Shown piece by piece: positions 44,359-60,620 of a DNA stretch of 64,000 nucleotides. Source of the stretch: the human T2T-CHM13v2.0 reference genome, Homo sapiens; the NCBI RefSeq assembly GCF_009914755.1, contig NC_060928.1, one strand, 5' to 3'. Position numbers and translations under genes: made by a program. The notes under the pieces were generated by a model, which was given only the letters and a program-made list of their open reading frames with translations, was not told the origin of the DNA and ran no database searches. Positions within the stretch are counted from its first letter, which is position 1. Each line of letters opens with the position of its first letter.

Positions 44359-46682
44359 TGATATGGTTTGGCTGTGTCCCCACCCACATCACATCTTGGA
44401 TTCTCATATGTTCCCATTCCCTCCCATCTCATTCAGTTACCTTTTTTTTTTTTTTTTTTTTTTCATCTTTCCCATGGGAGGGAATTGAATCATGGGGGCA
44501 GGTCTTTCCTGTGCTGTTCTCATGATAGCAAATAAGTCTCATGAGATCTGATGGTTTTAAAAAGAGGAGTGTTCCTGCACAAGCTCTCTCTCTATTCCTG
44601 CTGCCATCCATGTAAAAGGTGACTTGCTTCTCCTTGCCCTCCACCATTATTGTGAGGACCCCCCAGCCACATGGAACTGTAAGTTCATTAAACCTCTTTC
44701 TTTTGTAAATTGCTCAGTCTCAGGTATGTCTTTATCAGCAGCATGAAAATGAACTTATTCAGTAAACTGGTACCAGTAGAGTGGGGTGCTGCTGAAAAGA
44801 TACCCAAAAATGTGGAAGTGACTTTGGACCAGGGTAACTAACAGGCAGAGGTTGGAACAGTTTGGAGGGCTCAGAAGAAGACAAGAAAATGTGGGAAAGT
44901 TTGGAACTTGCTAGAGACTTGTTGAACGGCTTTGACCAAAATTCTGATAATGATATGGACAATGAAATCCAGGCTGAGGTGGTCTCAAATCAGATGTGGA
45001 ACTTGTTGGGAACTGAAGCAAAGGTGACTCTTGTTATGGTTTAGCAAAGAGACTGACAGCATTTTGCCCCTGCCCTAGAGATTTGTGTAACTTTGAACTT
45101 GAGACTCGCAATGATTTAGGGTATCTGGTGGAAGAAATTTCTAAGCAGCAAAGTATTCTAAAGAGGTGACCTGGGTGCTGTTAAAGGCATTCAGTTTCAT
45201 AAGGGAAGCAGAGCATGAAAGTTTGGAAAATTTGCAGCCTCACAGTGTGATAGAAAAGAAAATCCCATTTTCTAAGGAGAAATTTGAGCCGGCTGCAGAA
45301 ATTTGCATAAGTAATGAGGAATCAAATGTTAATCCCCAAGACAATGGGAAATATGTCTCCAGGGCATGGCAGAGGTCTTCATGGCAGCCCCTCCCATCAC
45401 AGGCCCAGAAGCCTAGGATGAAAAATGATTTCATGGGCCAGGCCCAGGGTCCCAGTGCTGTGTGCAGCCTAGGGACTTGGTGCCCTGCATCCCAGCAGCT
45501 CTAGCGTGGCTGAAAAGGGCCAATGTAGAGCTTGGGCGATGGCTTCAAAGGATGCAAGCCCCAAGCCTTGGCAACCTCCATGTGTTGTTGAGCCTGCAGG
45601 TGCATAGAAGTCAAGAATTGAGGTTTGGGAACCACTGCGTAAGTTTCAGATGTATGGAAACGCCTAGATGCCCAGGCAGAAGTTTGCTGCAGGGGCAGGT
45701 CCTGCTTGGAGAACCTCTGCTAGGGTAGTGTGGAAGGGAAATGTGGGGTTGGAGGCCCCAGACGGAGTCTCTACTGGGGCACCACCTAGTGGACCTGTGA
45801 GAAGAGGGCCACTGTCCTCCAGACTCCAGAATGGTAGATCCACTGACAGCTTGCACCATACGCCTGGAAAAGCCACAGGCACTCAATGCCAGCCCATGAA
45901 ATCAGCTGGGAGGGAAGCTGTACCCTGCAAAACCATACAAGCGGAGCTGCCCAAGACCATGGGAACCCACCTCTTGCATCAGTGTGAACTAGATGTGAGA
46001 CATGAAGTCAAAGGAGATCATTTTGGAGCTTTCGACTGCCCTGCTGGATTTTGGACTTGCATGGGGACTGTAGCCCCTTTGTTTTGACCAATTTCTCCCA
46101 TTCAGAACAGCTGTATTTACCCAAGGTCTGTAACCCCATTATATCTAGAAAGTAACTGACTTGCTTTTGATTTTACCATAGGTGGAAGAGACTTGCCTGC
46201 TCTCGGATGAGATTTTGGACTGTGGATTTATGAGTTAATACTGAAATGAGTTAAGACTTTGGAGGACTCTTGGGAAGGCATGATTGGTTTTGAAATGTGA
46301 GGACATGAGATTTGGGGCCGGGGGTAGAATGATATGGTTTGGCTGTGTCACCACCCATGTCTCATCTTGAATTCTCACATATTATGGGAAGGACCCAGTG
46401 GGAGGTAACTGAATCATTGGGGCAGGTCTTTCCTGTGCTGTTCTCATGATAGTGAATTAGTCTTATGAGATCTGATGGCTTTAAAAAGGGGAGTTTCCCT
46501 TTATAAGCTCTGTTTTTGCCTGCCACCATCCATGTAAGTTGTGACTTGCTCCTCCTTGCCTTCTACCATGATTGTGAGTCCTCCCCAGGCATGTGAAACT
46601 GTAAGTCCATTAATCCTCTTTCTTTGTAAATTGCCCAGTCTTGGATATATCTTTATTAGCAGCATGAAAATGAACTAATACA
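44359..46682 (+). mobile_element. Full-length THE1 (THE1B-like) MaLR: 5' LTR 44359-44761, internal 44762-46329, 3' LTR 46330-46682
   Basis: Two direct LTRs starting tgatatggtttggctgtgtc; PBS-like tggtaccagtagagtgggg (44768-44786); purine-rich PPT before 46330; TSD agaag/agaac. Confidence 0.95.
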
Positions 46683-47606
46683 AGAACTATCAAGAGTCCA
46701 AGGCTAGGGTGGCCCTGGACTGCATCTGTGCATCTGTGTATTGCAGCAACACTCTGGGGTACTGGGCACAGTTTACTGGTGTATTCAGCACAGCATTCTC
46801 AGTCCTGGGACTTTAACAGGACTTTTGAGCTTTCTATAATACATTTTGTAATAAACTGGACTTTGCAACTCTCAGAAGCCACCAAAATCACAGGTAGATA
46901 CACACTGGGGGAGAATTAGGGAAAGAAATCTATGATGTCTAACAAAGCTTAAAGGATAACTTTTGTGAAACTTTAAAGTTTTGTGAAACTTGATGATAGG
47001 GAAAGATGATATTAAACAATATCCTAGTGATTTTGATAATTGAACACCCTACATTTGAGAATTGACTTTCATTATATCTGTGGTGGTAGACCCATAGTTG
47101 AAAAATGTCTGACAGATTAGTAGTGAGTGTAGACTATTCGATAAGATGCCTCTACCATAAAAATCTAATTTTCTATATTGATCATATTAGATAGAACACT
47201 GTCATATTTCCACTTTGTCTTATATATACAGATACAACTTGATTTGCTACCTCATAGAAGTAAAGGGCTCACCTCTTCAAGGTTAATTAAGTTTTTCTGT
47301 TAACCTATAGTCCAATGGTTCACAAAGAGTTCTCAGAAAAAGTTAGATGCACTCAAATATAATCCATGCTACAACTAGACCCAGTAACAATAATTTAAGT
47401 ATCAAGTAATTTTCAAGGTGTCTCTCCATATAATTAGTTTCAATTGACACCATCATAGGACTGAATACTTTAATGTTGAACTCTTCTGTGGAACAATATT
47501 CCGTCTTTAATCATTACACTGCTAAAGCACAGAACTTTCATTCAAGTATTGTATATTAATAATAATTATTCCTCTTTGTGTTTATGATCGCCCTAAATAA
47601 CAACTT

Positions 47607-47665
47607 TTATTTATTTATTTTATTATACTTTAAGTTCTAGGGTACATGTGCACAACGTTCAGGTT
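47607..47665 (-). mobile_element. 59-bp L1PA 3'-terminal insertion
   Basis: T-rich tail plus ttattatactttaagttctagggtacatgtgcacaacgttcaggtt; perfect TSD aataacaactt (47596-47606 / 47666-47676). Confidence 0.93.
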
Positions 47666-49904
47666 AATAACAACTTCTAATAGTCTGTATTTATTTGAAA
47701 TTTGCTCTCATGTTTAAATATCATGGATGAGATCATTTGCCTAAAAACATTACAGTACACTGTGTATTATCCCACCCTGCCCAATATTTTAGACATCTTC
47801 AATATCTATTGCATTGGAAAACATAATTTAATAAGCATCAGTGGAACATTATTATTTGGCAAGAATAGATTATATGATGCTATTAATATCATACAAACTC
47901 TGTGAAAGCATGACATTTTGTATTATTTGATCATTTTAATGGATTGATTATAGCTAAACAACTTTGTGTAATTCTTAGCAGTTTAGGATAAACTGATTCA
48001 TTTAAAGAGACTAATAACATTTAGAAGTAAAATTCTAGAGGTAAAGAAAACAGATTTCTGTTTAATTGTTAAAAGAAATGGCACACATTCTTTTCATGCA
48101 AAAGGGACTGTGCAGAAAACAGTTTTCTTCTGAATAAACTGACCGTGTTCATGATTTAACAGAATCAGTTACTTTGCAATTGATTCTGACACAGCTAGTA
48201 TTTGAACTTTAGGGACTCTAATCTCAGGATTTTACCTAATGGTACATATGAATCACTGAGAGCTACTACAAAACATGCACATTATGCTCAACAATGATTT
48301 TCTTTGCATTAAAGAAACATTCTTTAAGGAAGGCATTATGAAAGGGTTCAACCATGGCCTTAAAAAATGACAGGATTTTTCATAAAATACAAGAACTGGG
48401 GGAAACTCAACACTTTGTAAGAAAGATCATTAACCAAATGGCTGATGTAGCACATAGCAATAGGACTGGCTAGGCACTCATGAGCTAGGGTGAAAGTTTG
48501 ATAGTGGAACATGTTACACATAATTAAATATGGATCCTTCCTAATCAATAGTGAGGGCATAATTACTTTTCTCAAGGTTAGTTAGGCAGAGTTTTTGGAA
48601 GAGACAAAAGCCAGAATAAAGGGAATCAAGAAGACAAACTAAAGAGAACTGTATTTGAGAGCTGAGCGGGCTATTAGGAGTTTTGGCACACTTGAAAAAC
48701 CAGACTGCAATTTTATCAGTAGTCTCATCAGGGAACTATTAGACAAGGTCAAGAAGGCCTCTGAGAATAGCTAGGTACATTTAAGCAATGCCTTCCTGCT
48801 CCACCAAGTTGCTCAATCATAGCTGCCAAATTTTCATGTCTTTGAACAAAAGCATCTTATATGAACATCTCGTTAAGCTGCTGTCCAATTCTGTCTTTTA
48901 AAGAATGCCATCGTTTCTCTATGGCAACTATAAATGACTGATCAATGCATGTTTCCAACAGTGATGGACCAAAACAGTTCAAATCACTGACTACAAATCA
49001 TGAGGGAAAGAAGTATGCACTTAAGTATGTGTAGGTGTTTGGAAATATGGCTTCCCAAAACCAGATCCTTGCGAGGGAGGAAAAATGAAGAGGAAGAGTA
49101 TATCAGCTCAGTCCCTTCAAGCATGTAGACCAGTTAGCTTTCTCATAAATGTTGCTAAATATTATATGTTGTGTACTTCCTTCCTTTTTCCCCTCAATTC
49201 CTAAATATATATTGTGTACCTTCTATGAGCCAAATATTAAATATAGGAGATCAAGAATTAATTCTAAAGATGTAAATGATAATGATGTTAGTAGGGCCAA
49301 TTATGTGTCTGCCAGGTGGCATAAGATGACCAAGAAGACTCCATGTTAAACAACAGTGACTTAGTCACAGAAGACTATAAGAGTATCTGTACATCTGGCT
49401 TTTGGTAGACCAAAGGACTATGAAGGACTTTTGAATTTATTCCAGGAACAAATAATGTGAGTTTGCATCATAGAAAGATAATATTTTCCTGAAACTTATT
49501 TTTCCAAACATATTTGATGAAATTTCTTACTTCAGAGAGACTTTTTCAAGAAACTTAGAGCATTCTAAAAATTATCTAAGATTCTAACAAACAAATCCCT
49601 TTAACTTCTTGCTTTTCTTTCTTTTATTTTCAAAACTTTAACCTGTTCCCTTAAGAGACATGGAAAAATAATTCATTATTTTTATAAAAATAAATATATT
49701 GAGCAAGTATGAAGTGGTCAAAATTTGATCTGAGATAATACATTTAAAAAGCCTTTGAAATTAAATAAAGTCTAAAAAAAAGATGCTCGGGTATTATTTA
49801 TGCCAATTGGACCTGGGGATCAGAAATCAGTAAGTACCTTAGATGCCTTAGAAAGACCCATGCATGCCAGAGGTTAAAAAATAAACTCTAAGAAAGTCTA
49901 AAGG

Positions 49905-49985
49905 TTATATCAGCCAGTAATCTCCAGAGAAAGAGAACCAATAGGATACATATACAAAGAAAGAGATTTGTTTTTGAGGAACTGT
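49905..49985 (-). mobile_element. MLT2 LTR terminal fragment
   Basis: tctccagagaaagagaaccaatagga...gagatttgtttttgaggaact, the same motif as the end of the LTR at 21011. Confidence 0.6.
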
Positions 49986-50176
49986 CCATTTCTGTTGATT
50001 TTTCATAACTCTATCCCTTCAAATATTGCTTCATTGACATGTTTTCAATGAAACCATCTGAGTGAAAAGCTGTTTCCTGAAAGACTGACTGAGAAACTCT
50101 CAGGCCCAGAGAGTATATATTTGTATATCTTTGTCTCACCCAGGCCTAATACTGAGGCAGGTATTTGTAAGGTAGT

Positions 50177-51070
50177 TGTGATATTGTGCTATAATAAGAT
50201 ATATATATATATAATTTTATATATATATGGCTTCTGTTCCTTGTTCTTAAAAGAAAGCTCCTAAAAGTCCTTATTTCTGAGCAATGGGAGATGCTAGGTG
50301 CATCTTTTGTTCTAATATCTGGTTTTTGACCTCCATTCTTGACAAGGAGCTCCTAATTCTTTGGAATTTATTGGGTAATAGGAGCATCTTTTGTTCCAAT
50401 GAGGTGACTCTTGGTGGACTCCTGGCTGGGGGCTAGTCATCGGAGAAACCTAGACGTGGTTAGAAGCTTGAAACTTTTAAACCTAACCCCCATCCTACAG
50501 GAAGAGGCAGGTGCTGGAGATTGAATTAATAATCAATCCAGCCTCCAATGATGAAACTTCCATAAAAATCCTGAACTGCAGGTTTTGGAATGCTTCCAGG
50601 ATGCTGAGCACATGAGGTGCATGAAGTGTGGTGTGTCTGGAGAGGGCATGAGAGCTCCCAGTCCCTTGCCCCTACTGGGCCTATATATGTCTTCTATGTG
50701 GCTGTTTATCTGTATCCTCTGTAATATCCTTAGTAATACGTGGAAATAGTAAACAAAATATTTCCCCAAGTTCTGTGAGCTGCTCTAGCAAATTACTGGA
50801 CCTTGGAGGAGGCAGTTGGGGAAACCATGATTATAGATGGTTGTTCAGAAGCACAGGCTACAACCCAGGGCTTGTGACTGGCATTTGAAGTGGGATCAGT
50901 CTTGTGGAGTGAGGTCAGTCTTACAGGAATGAGCCCTTAACATGTGGGATCTGACGCTACCTCCAGGTAGGTAGTATCAGAATTGAATTGAAACACAGGA
51001 TCCCTTCTGGTGCTCCCTGGAGAACTGGTTATTGATGGGGAGAAATTTCCACATGTATTGATGACCAGAA
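50177..51070 (+). mobile_element. Solo LTR, MER21-family
   Basis: tgtgatattgtgctataataaga, gagctcctaattctttggaatt, ggagagggcatgagagctcc, gttctgtgagctgctctagcaaatta, tgtgggatctgacgctacctccaggtag. Confidence 0.85.
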
Positions 51071-51159
51071 GTTCATTTTTTTCCAGAAGACCCTAACCTA
51101 CATTTCTAACAGGGTGGTAGATTAAATGATGTCCTAAAGGACATGAATGACACATTTAT

Positions 51160-51297
51160 TTTGCTTAATCCTCATATTAACTCTGAAAGAGTTTGACAGA
51201 TAAGAAAACAGAGACTGCAAGAGATTACTTCGGTAAAGTGAAACGACTAGTAAGCAGCAGCATAGAAATTTGGACCCAGATCTGTCTGTATTCCACC
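51160..51297 (-). mobile_element. MIR fragment
   Basis: ttaatcctcat, acagataagaaaacagagact, tttggacccagatctgtctg. Confidence 0.6.
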
Positions 51298-51609
51298 ATG
51301 CATAATAAACAAACATTCATTCGTTTTTTTTATTTTGAGGTAGGTAAAAATAATTTTACTCTATTCTGTATGAAATACTTGATATATATGCAAGAATCCC
51401 TAATTCACTGTCAGTCCTCCTTTTGCCCCCAACTTGCCACACATCATGCTATGTGGGTGATTCACAAGATTCAACAAATTGTCCCCAAATTAGCAGCACT
51501 AATTCACTGGGATTGAACAGGTAGTATTTGGAGCCACTTTACTGGTATACTTGCCTCACAAAAGAAATATGTCCTTTTTTGGGGAGAAGTATGTTGTACC
51601 TATTTCTTT

Positions 51610-51911
51610 TTTTTCCTCTTTTTTTTTTTTTTTTTGAGATGTAGTCTTGCTCTGTCACCAAGGCTGGAGGGCAGTGGCTCGATCTCAGCTCACTGCGACC
51701 TCCACCTCCCGGGTTTAAGCAATTCTCTGTCTTAGCTTCCCAAGTAGCTGGAATTACAGGCACCTGCCACCACACCTGGCTAATTTTTGTATTTTTAATA
51801 GAGACAGGGTTTCAGCATCTTGGCCAGGCTGGTCTCGAACTCCTGACCTCGTGATCCCCCCAGCTCGGCCTCCCAAAGTGCTGGGATAGGCATGAGCCAC
51901 TGCAGCCAGCT
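51610..51911 (-). mobile_element. AluS (Sg-like)
   Basis: ctcgaactcctgacctcgtgatcc; TSD ttgtacctatttcttt / ttgttcctatttcttt. Confidence 0.92.
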
Positions 51912-52724
51912 ATTGTTCCTATTTCTTTAGATGTCTCTTAGCCCTAAATCACTGAGAAAAATAAGCATGATAGTAAAATAGAATATGATGATATTAGAAC
52001 TAATGTCACCTCTGAAAGTAGAAAAAGAGCCAATAAGATTTTTTAAACTTGGGAATCTTGTTGGTACCCCATTATCTGTCTCTAAAGTACCCGATCAAGA
52101 ATGAAACCTGTATTTCTGGTTTAATGTGAGAAATCTAGTAGTATGACTCTAAAATATTTCCAGGACCCTCTTATTTATTGTTATGTTTATTTGTACTACT
52201 GTAATAACTAAGTGTACAGAGCCTTAAAAGCTATCCCATAGCTGCTACCTTGACACATGGCACATACAATAGATGGGCATGGGTAGAAACGGAATAAAAT
52301 CACCAAACTGCTGTCTCATTTCCTAATGGGCAACGTGACAGTAGTCTAGATTGGAGCCTTATCTTGTAGCTTCTTTTGACACCTGACCAAAGGGGGCCAA
52401 AAGCATGGACTCACATTAAAATCTTCAATTTTTCCAGAAGGCCCTGATTCACATTTCTATCAGGGATGGTAAATTATGTCCTGAAGGACATGAAGGGTAT
52501 CCATGTGAGAAGCTGCAAAAGCAGTCAGTTTAAAGCTGAGTACCCCACAATCAGCAAGACTGTCTGATTAGAAGACCCACCAATAAGCCATTAGCCACGC
52601 TTTGCTTCATTTCTGTGTATTCTAAGTTCTACCTTTCCCCCTTTCCATTTTATAACTTGACACTGTTTTTTAAGAAAAAAGCTGTACTTCTATGTTCATT
52701 TTCTTTATTCCCTGAACAATTTTT

Positions 52725-55264
<2,540 letters not shown>

Positions 55265-55479
55265 TCCCTGAGCAATTTTTGAAATGGATTTATCTTTTAT
55301 TTTGATATTCACTACATTGTGATTTCCATTAATGGATAAATAAGAACTTAATTTAACCAATTAATGCCAATGCATGAAGGAGTAAAGTGACTTGCTCAAG
55401 ATTAGGGAATAACTCAGAAACAAAATCAGGAGGATTCTAGAAAATAAGAAAGTACTCAAAAAAAAAAAAAAAACAAAAG

Positions 55480-56377
55480 GTTGGTAGATGTGGAAGGGAC
55501 ACAGGAGACAATGTGGAAGAGCGCTTAATGGCCTAAGCTGGAACAATTCAAGCACTAAAATAAAAAGCAGATTATCGGATTAAAACCCAAAGTAAGAAAT
55601 TAATATCCATTAAAAAATATCAAGGCTGATACAAATTAAATGGGGAAGAAGGGGAAAATCTCTTATACGGAAGAGGTCCAGGTAATTTATGTGGATTGGT
55701 TATCTATTTCTCTCCAAGAGATGGAAATTGACACCTCCTGCCTCTTTTCCCCACTAAAATGTGGGTATGCTTAATAAATTACTTCCAAAAATTGATATAA
55801 AATCAGGTGGAAAACAAAGAATGATTTTACAGTGGAGTAAGCTGGCAAATACTACCTTGATCAGATGGTCAAGGTTAGCATCATGAGTGATAAGTAATGT
55901 GTCCTTGATATGATGTGACAAGAATGGCTCTTTACCTCAGTGGTCTTCTTCTCAAAAAACCCATAATCCCAGTCTAAAAACGAGAAAAACATCAGGTAAA
56001 CTCAAAACGAGAATATTCTACAAAATGCCTGACCAGTACTATTCAAAACTGTCAATGTCATCAAAAGTAGATAAAATATAACAAACTATCACACACCAGG
56101 AGACATAATGACTAAACATAATGTGCTATCCTGAATGGGGTCAAGGAATAAGAAAAAGACATGAAGGAAAAACTAGTAAATTCCAAATAATTTGTGGAGG
56201 TTAGATAATACTTATATGCCAGTGTTGGCTCCTTAGTTGAGGCAAATGTACCACAGTAGTATAAGATGTTAACAGTAGAAGTAACTAAGTAAGGGGTAGA
56301 TGAAGTCTCTCTGTACTATCAGTGCAGCTTTCTTGTAAAGACAAAACTACTCTAAATTAAAAAGGTTATTAAAAAAA
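55480..56377 (+). mobile_element. L1MC/L1MD-type 3' end
   Basis: tttacagtggag...tcaaggttagcatca, cataatcccagtct, ctgaccagtactattcaaaactgtcaatgtcatcaaaa, aaatgtaccacagtagtataagatgttaac, ctctctgtactatc, A-rich end. Confidence 0.85.
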
Positions 56378-57968
56378 TCAGTAAAAAAATCATGGTGAAT
56401 TCCAGAGGTCTTTATAGTCCCAACCAGTTTTTCATATGGGATGTATTTTATTTGGTTGGTTGGTTGGTTTTTAAGTGTATTACTGAGTAAATTCTTTGCA
56501 GATTTCCATTGTTCAGCACATTCTAGTACTGGACACAAATGTTTATAGAATGGAATAAGTGAAATAGCACTTAGTACATTGCCTGATACAAAGTAAACTC
56601 TCAATAAATATTTATCAGTTGATTGAATAGGATTACAAATTATTTTCCACCATAGCTTAGGGTACTTATTACATTGTCTGGTTTCTGATGTAATAAGTAG
56701 ATGGGCATAAGTGAGAGGGTTTTAAAATATGGACATATTAATCCCCGAGAACCATACTAGTAAGAATCAATAAGTAATGTAGTATATTAGTCATTCGATG
56801 AAGTACCTCATCCTGTGAAATGGTCTCTCGGTTTATCCTGGAGGAGATTTAAGAAAGGTCCACCTAATCAAGGTGATTGTTGGGGTGGTGGGGGGTACAG
56901 TCAGGAGCACATAACAAGAATTGAATTGATATGAAATAAATATAGGTGGATCAATGATATTAATATTCCTGAAGATAGTTAGCCTGAGTGTAAAGAAATG
57001 GGAGTCTGAGAAGAAAAATTTGTCAACATTTCCCCAGCACTCTCCATGAATGCCTCAGGCCATCATAGTTTGATGTCATTAACTATCAGGTTCATTCAAC
57101 TAACCACTCTCCTTGCTCTGATTAATTTTATTTCCTGTGTAGATTGTTTTAGTGGAAGACAGTACTCTTGGGTCACTTTGCTAGTTATAGTTGTCATGGC
57201 ACATTTGTAAATTTGCATTCTAGTTCACCCACTAGTTTCTTGGACATCTAGTTAATCTAGTTTTTTATTCACCAAATATATATAATATGTATCTCGTACA
57301 GAAGTCTTGAACTTAAAATTAGTGATAAAGTGCATATGTTTTGCTTATTAGAATGCCTTACATAGTACCCATTAATTCTTCAGATATATTATTGTTGATT
57401 TTTTTAATTACAATTGGTCTTTTGTTGCTGTTGTTTTTGTTGCTGCTATGAAATAACTTTCCACCTCCCTCCTGAATTTGAGCCATTCTGACAAAATTGA
57501 ATCCCTTAACTTACAAATCGGAGAATTAGATTATCAGTCAACTACCCTGTGATAGAATGCAACTTTGATTGTTCTGCTAAAGTAGCCAGTTAATTTGCCC
57601 TTCATGCTGCTGTTTCTGTTTTCTCTTTTCAACCTCAGCATCTGAGGATCATATACTCTTGAAACACTCATGAGAGATAGGAACAGGTAGATAAGGCTAC
57701 TTTATAGGGACCTCTTAATTCATCACAAAAATGAGGTGCCTCTGGAGTGGAACATAAAAGTTATTTAACCAACAGGTTTAGCAGCCGTGATAAATGATGT
57801 GTGTGATTTAAATTTGAGTAGAATTGTGTTTAATTGAAAATTTGGCCACTGCATGAAATCTTCACTGCAAAGATTAGGATGACATTGAAGAACTGCCATG
57901 GGTGCTAAGAATGTGAAATAAAGAGCCACTTAAGTTAATATTTCATAAAGCAGTCAGTGTTTTATAAA

Positions 57969-58155
57969 GCAGAGTTCTAGAAAATATGTTCCGGCACCAC
58001 TTTCATCAGTATCACCTGTGACATGTGTTAAACTGCAGCCCCTTGGCCTCACAGTACTACTGGATCAGAATCTCCTTACGGGGGAATGCAGGAATCTGTG
58101 ACTTTTTTGAGGTTTACTGGTAATTCTTATAAGCCCTACAGTTTGATAACCTGGT
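57969..58155. mobile_element. MER5A-like hAT MITE
   Basis: catcagtatcacctg...tgttaaactgcag...tactggatcagaatctc...caggaatctgtg...agtttgataacc. Confidence 0.7.
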
Positions 58156-58849
58156 TTTGCTTTATAAATTGAGAGAGCACTTTGATACTAGTGTGCTAGC
58201 AGATTTTATTCACATTGGTTACACATTTCCAGGAAGTCTTGAATTTAAAACTTACTGGGCAAAAAGGGGGAACATATGGTGTTCAGGTACTATGCTTTGT
58301 TAACATTTAAAATAAAATATTTTTAGAGTATGTTTTGTAAACTAAAAATTATAGTCAGCATTTTAAATAACTATGTTTTAATTACAAAGGCTTTTTGGTA
58401 CAGAAATTTTCCTCAATTTGCATATAAATAGCTAGGCAAAGTGTCTGTTGGAGATGCACAGTAATTTAACTAAGCCTGATTTCTCTGTTTTACAATTGTC
58501 AGAATCTTTCTATGTTTGAGGTTGCTTTTCTTTCAATAAACATTATATTGAACACATATCAAGTTTAACCTCATTGATAGCTAACTTGATTTAATTAATT
58601 TTCCCAGGTATACACTTGACAACAGATTTGCTTTGTTCGTGATCCAATATTTGTAGTCTTTGAAATATTTCTGTGAATCCTAATATGTATTTGTGTTTTC
58701 AGCTTCTACAGACGCTATTCTAAAGAAAAATGCACAAGACTGGCTTATTTGCAATTAAATGTCTGCTCTAACACCAGTTCAGTGGAACCCATTGCAACAA
58801 TAAGCCACTGAAAACTTAATCATAAAAATGATTTCCTTCTGGTCACACT

Positions 58850-59010
58850 AAAAGAGTGGAACTTTGAGTCTGAAAAACCTATAATATATCACTTACTACC
58901 TGTATAACCTTGAATCCAGTCTGTGAGCTTTCTGAGCCTCAGATTGCATACCTATAAAATGGGTTGATGAAATAATATTTGTAAAATGCCTGGCACATTC
59001 CTAAATAAAG
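58850..59010 (+). mobile_element. MIR fragment
   Basis: cacttactacctgtataaccttg, tctgagcctcag...ctataaaatggg, gtaaaatgcctggcaca. Confidence 0.7.
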
Positions 59011-60389
59011 AATGGCAGGGAAAAGGATAAAGGAAGGAGATGTGAAAATAGTGGAACATTGGTGGGAGAACAGGCTGTAACTTCTGAGTCTTCACTTCAT
59101 ACACACAATGCAGAACTCTTCATTTCTAATGTGGGACATCCAGACTCTTAGTGAGTGCGGAAACCATTACATTATGAAAAAGATAAAAGGAATAAAAGTC
59201 ATTTCATGGCACAGCTAGAACTCCTTAGTAATTTCATGATTTTTGAATTGTAAAGTGAATAAGAATGTTAGTAATATTTACTTCAAGAAACATCTCCATT
59301 GTACCATGGTTGAATGAATTTAGAATTCTTAATAAAGGTACTATGCTGTAAGAAATAGCCCTTGATGCAGCTGACCTTATATTTCCTGTGTTACTTTTTT
59401 ATTCTTTGACTCCATTTCCTGTCTCTTGCCTCACACATAATGAGTAAAAACTGCTTCTAAATTTTATATTGTGCACATTATTTCTTAACATTTTTATTTT
59501 CACCAAAAAAAGAACAAAATGCCATTTACCAAGCAGAAGAGGAAGAGCTAAGGATTTTTAAGCCCTACAAATTTTTATAGTTATTAGAATCATTACTGCA
59601 CTTTCTCAAAAACTGCTATTTTAAGGAAAAGGGCCTCAAACCTTTTCCTGATACACAGTAATATCAGTTCCCTATTAAACATGTTAACATAACTGAATTG
59701 GTGACTAGTTTTTACAAAATAAGGATAAGTGAAAGGTAATACTTTGTGACACTGAACTGGTGCTGTCTTAAGTAACAGTACTTTGTTCTTTTTACAGTAT
59801 TTTTGAACAATCCGTGTACCCCACTTTAATTCAGAATCAAATAACAAGAGACAAGGGAACCCACTCAAAAGAGGTTTTCAGTATTTGGAATGAGTTTTAA
59901 TGTATCAGAAGAAAGAGGAATACACTGATTTGATAATTAGCATAAACATAAATTAGAATGCAAGTGGTTTTCAATGTAGGAAAACTTGCTGACTCACACT
60001 GAAGTATGAAATAATTTTGGACAAAGTGAGAATAAAGCAAGGAACTAGACCTATAGCACTCTGAGAAGGAAGAAAAACATTTTGGGATAACTCCAGGAAA
60101 AGTTATAAGATTGGAGATTTGGAGTAGAATGTTTTGTTTTCCTTGTGTTTTCCAGTTTTTCCATTTTGTTCTTGTTATATGTTTGTATGCAAACTTTGCT
60201 CCAATTTTAATTTTATTAGAACACATTTTCAGAACTAGAATTATTAATGGAAAATTTAGGATTGCTACATGCTGCACAGAAAAATGTTGCCAAAGTTCTT
60301 ACCAACATAATGTCTGAGAATGCTGGTCTGACCAAAAAATCATTAATATTTAGCATGCTAACTAAGTTATTGCAAATTATGTAAATAAA

Positions 60390-60620
60390 AATTATCTCTT
60401 ATTATGTGATTGCTAATGAGATATCAAGTATGTATTAGGAATTTATAGTTCTATAAATTATTTCGGAGTAATGCTCGTTTTTCAACTTGAGAATTAGCAT
60501 TTTTTTGAATCTCTGAATTTTCTTTATGTATTAAAGGTGTTACTCTTTATGACTCACATAAAGAGTTGCAAATGTTTTCTCAGGTTTGTGGTTTGCCATT
60601 TAAAGTGATTTTCATAATAT
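60390..60620 (-). mobile_element. Old L1 (L1ME-type) fragment
   Basis: tgattgctaatgag, ttctttatgtattaaagg, gttgcaaatgttttctcaggtttgtggtttgcc. Confidence 0.5.

Noticed and set aside
45166-46087. Overlapping ORFs in the THE1 internal region
   Set aside because: Broken remnants of the MaLR internal ORF; no intact product.
46700-46770. Possible MER91-like half element
   Set aside because: Similarity too weak to call from memory.
58675-58810. Plus-strand splice acceptor (tttgtgttttcag at 58702), with similar ones near 6910, 23783 and 27186
   Set aside because: No convincing paired donor or coding frame; such motifs are frequent in AT-rich DNA. A lncRNA exon cannot be excluded.
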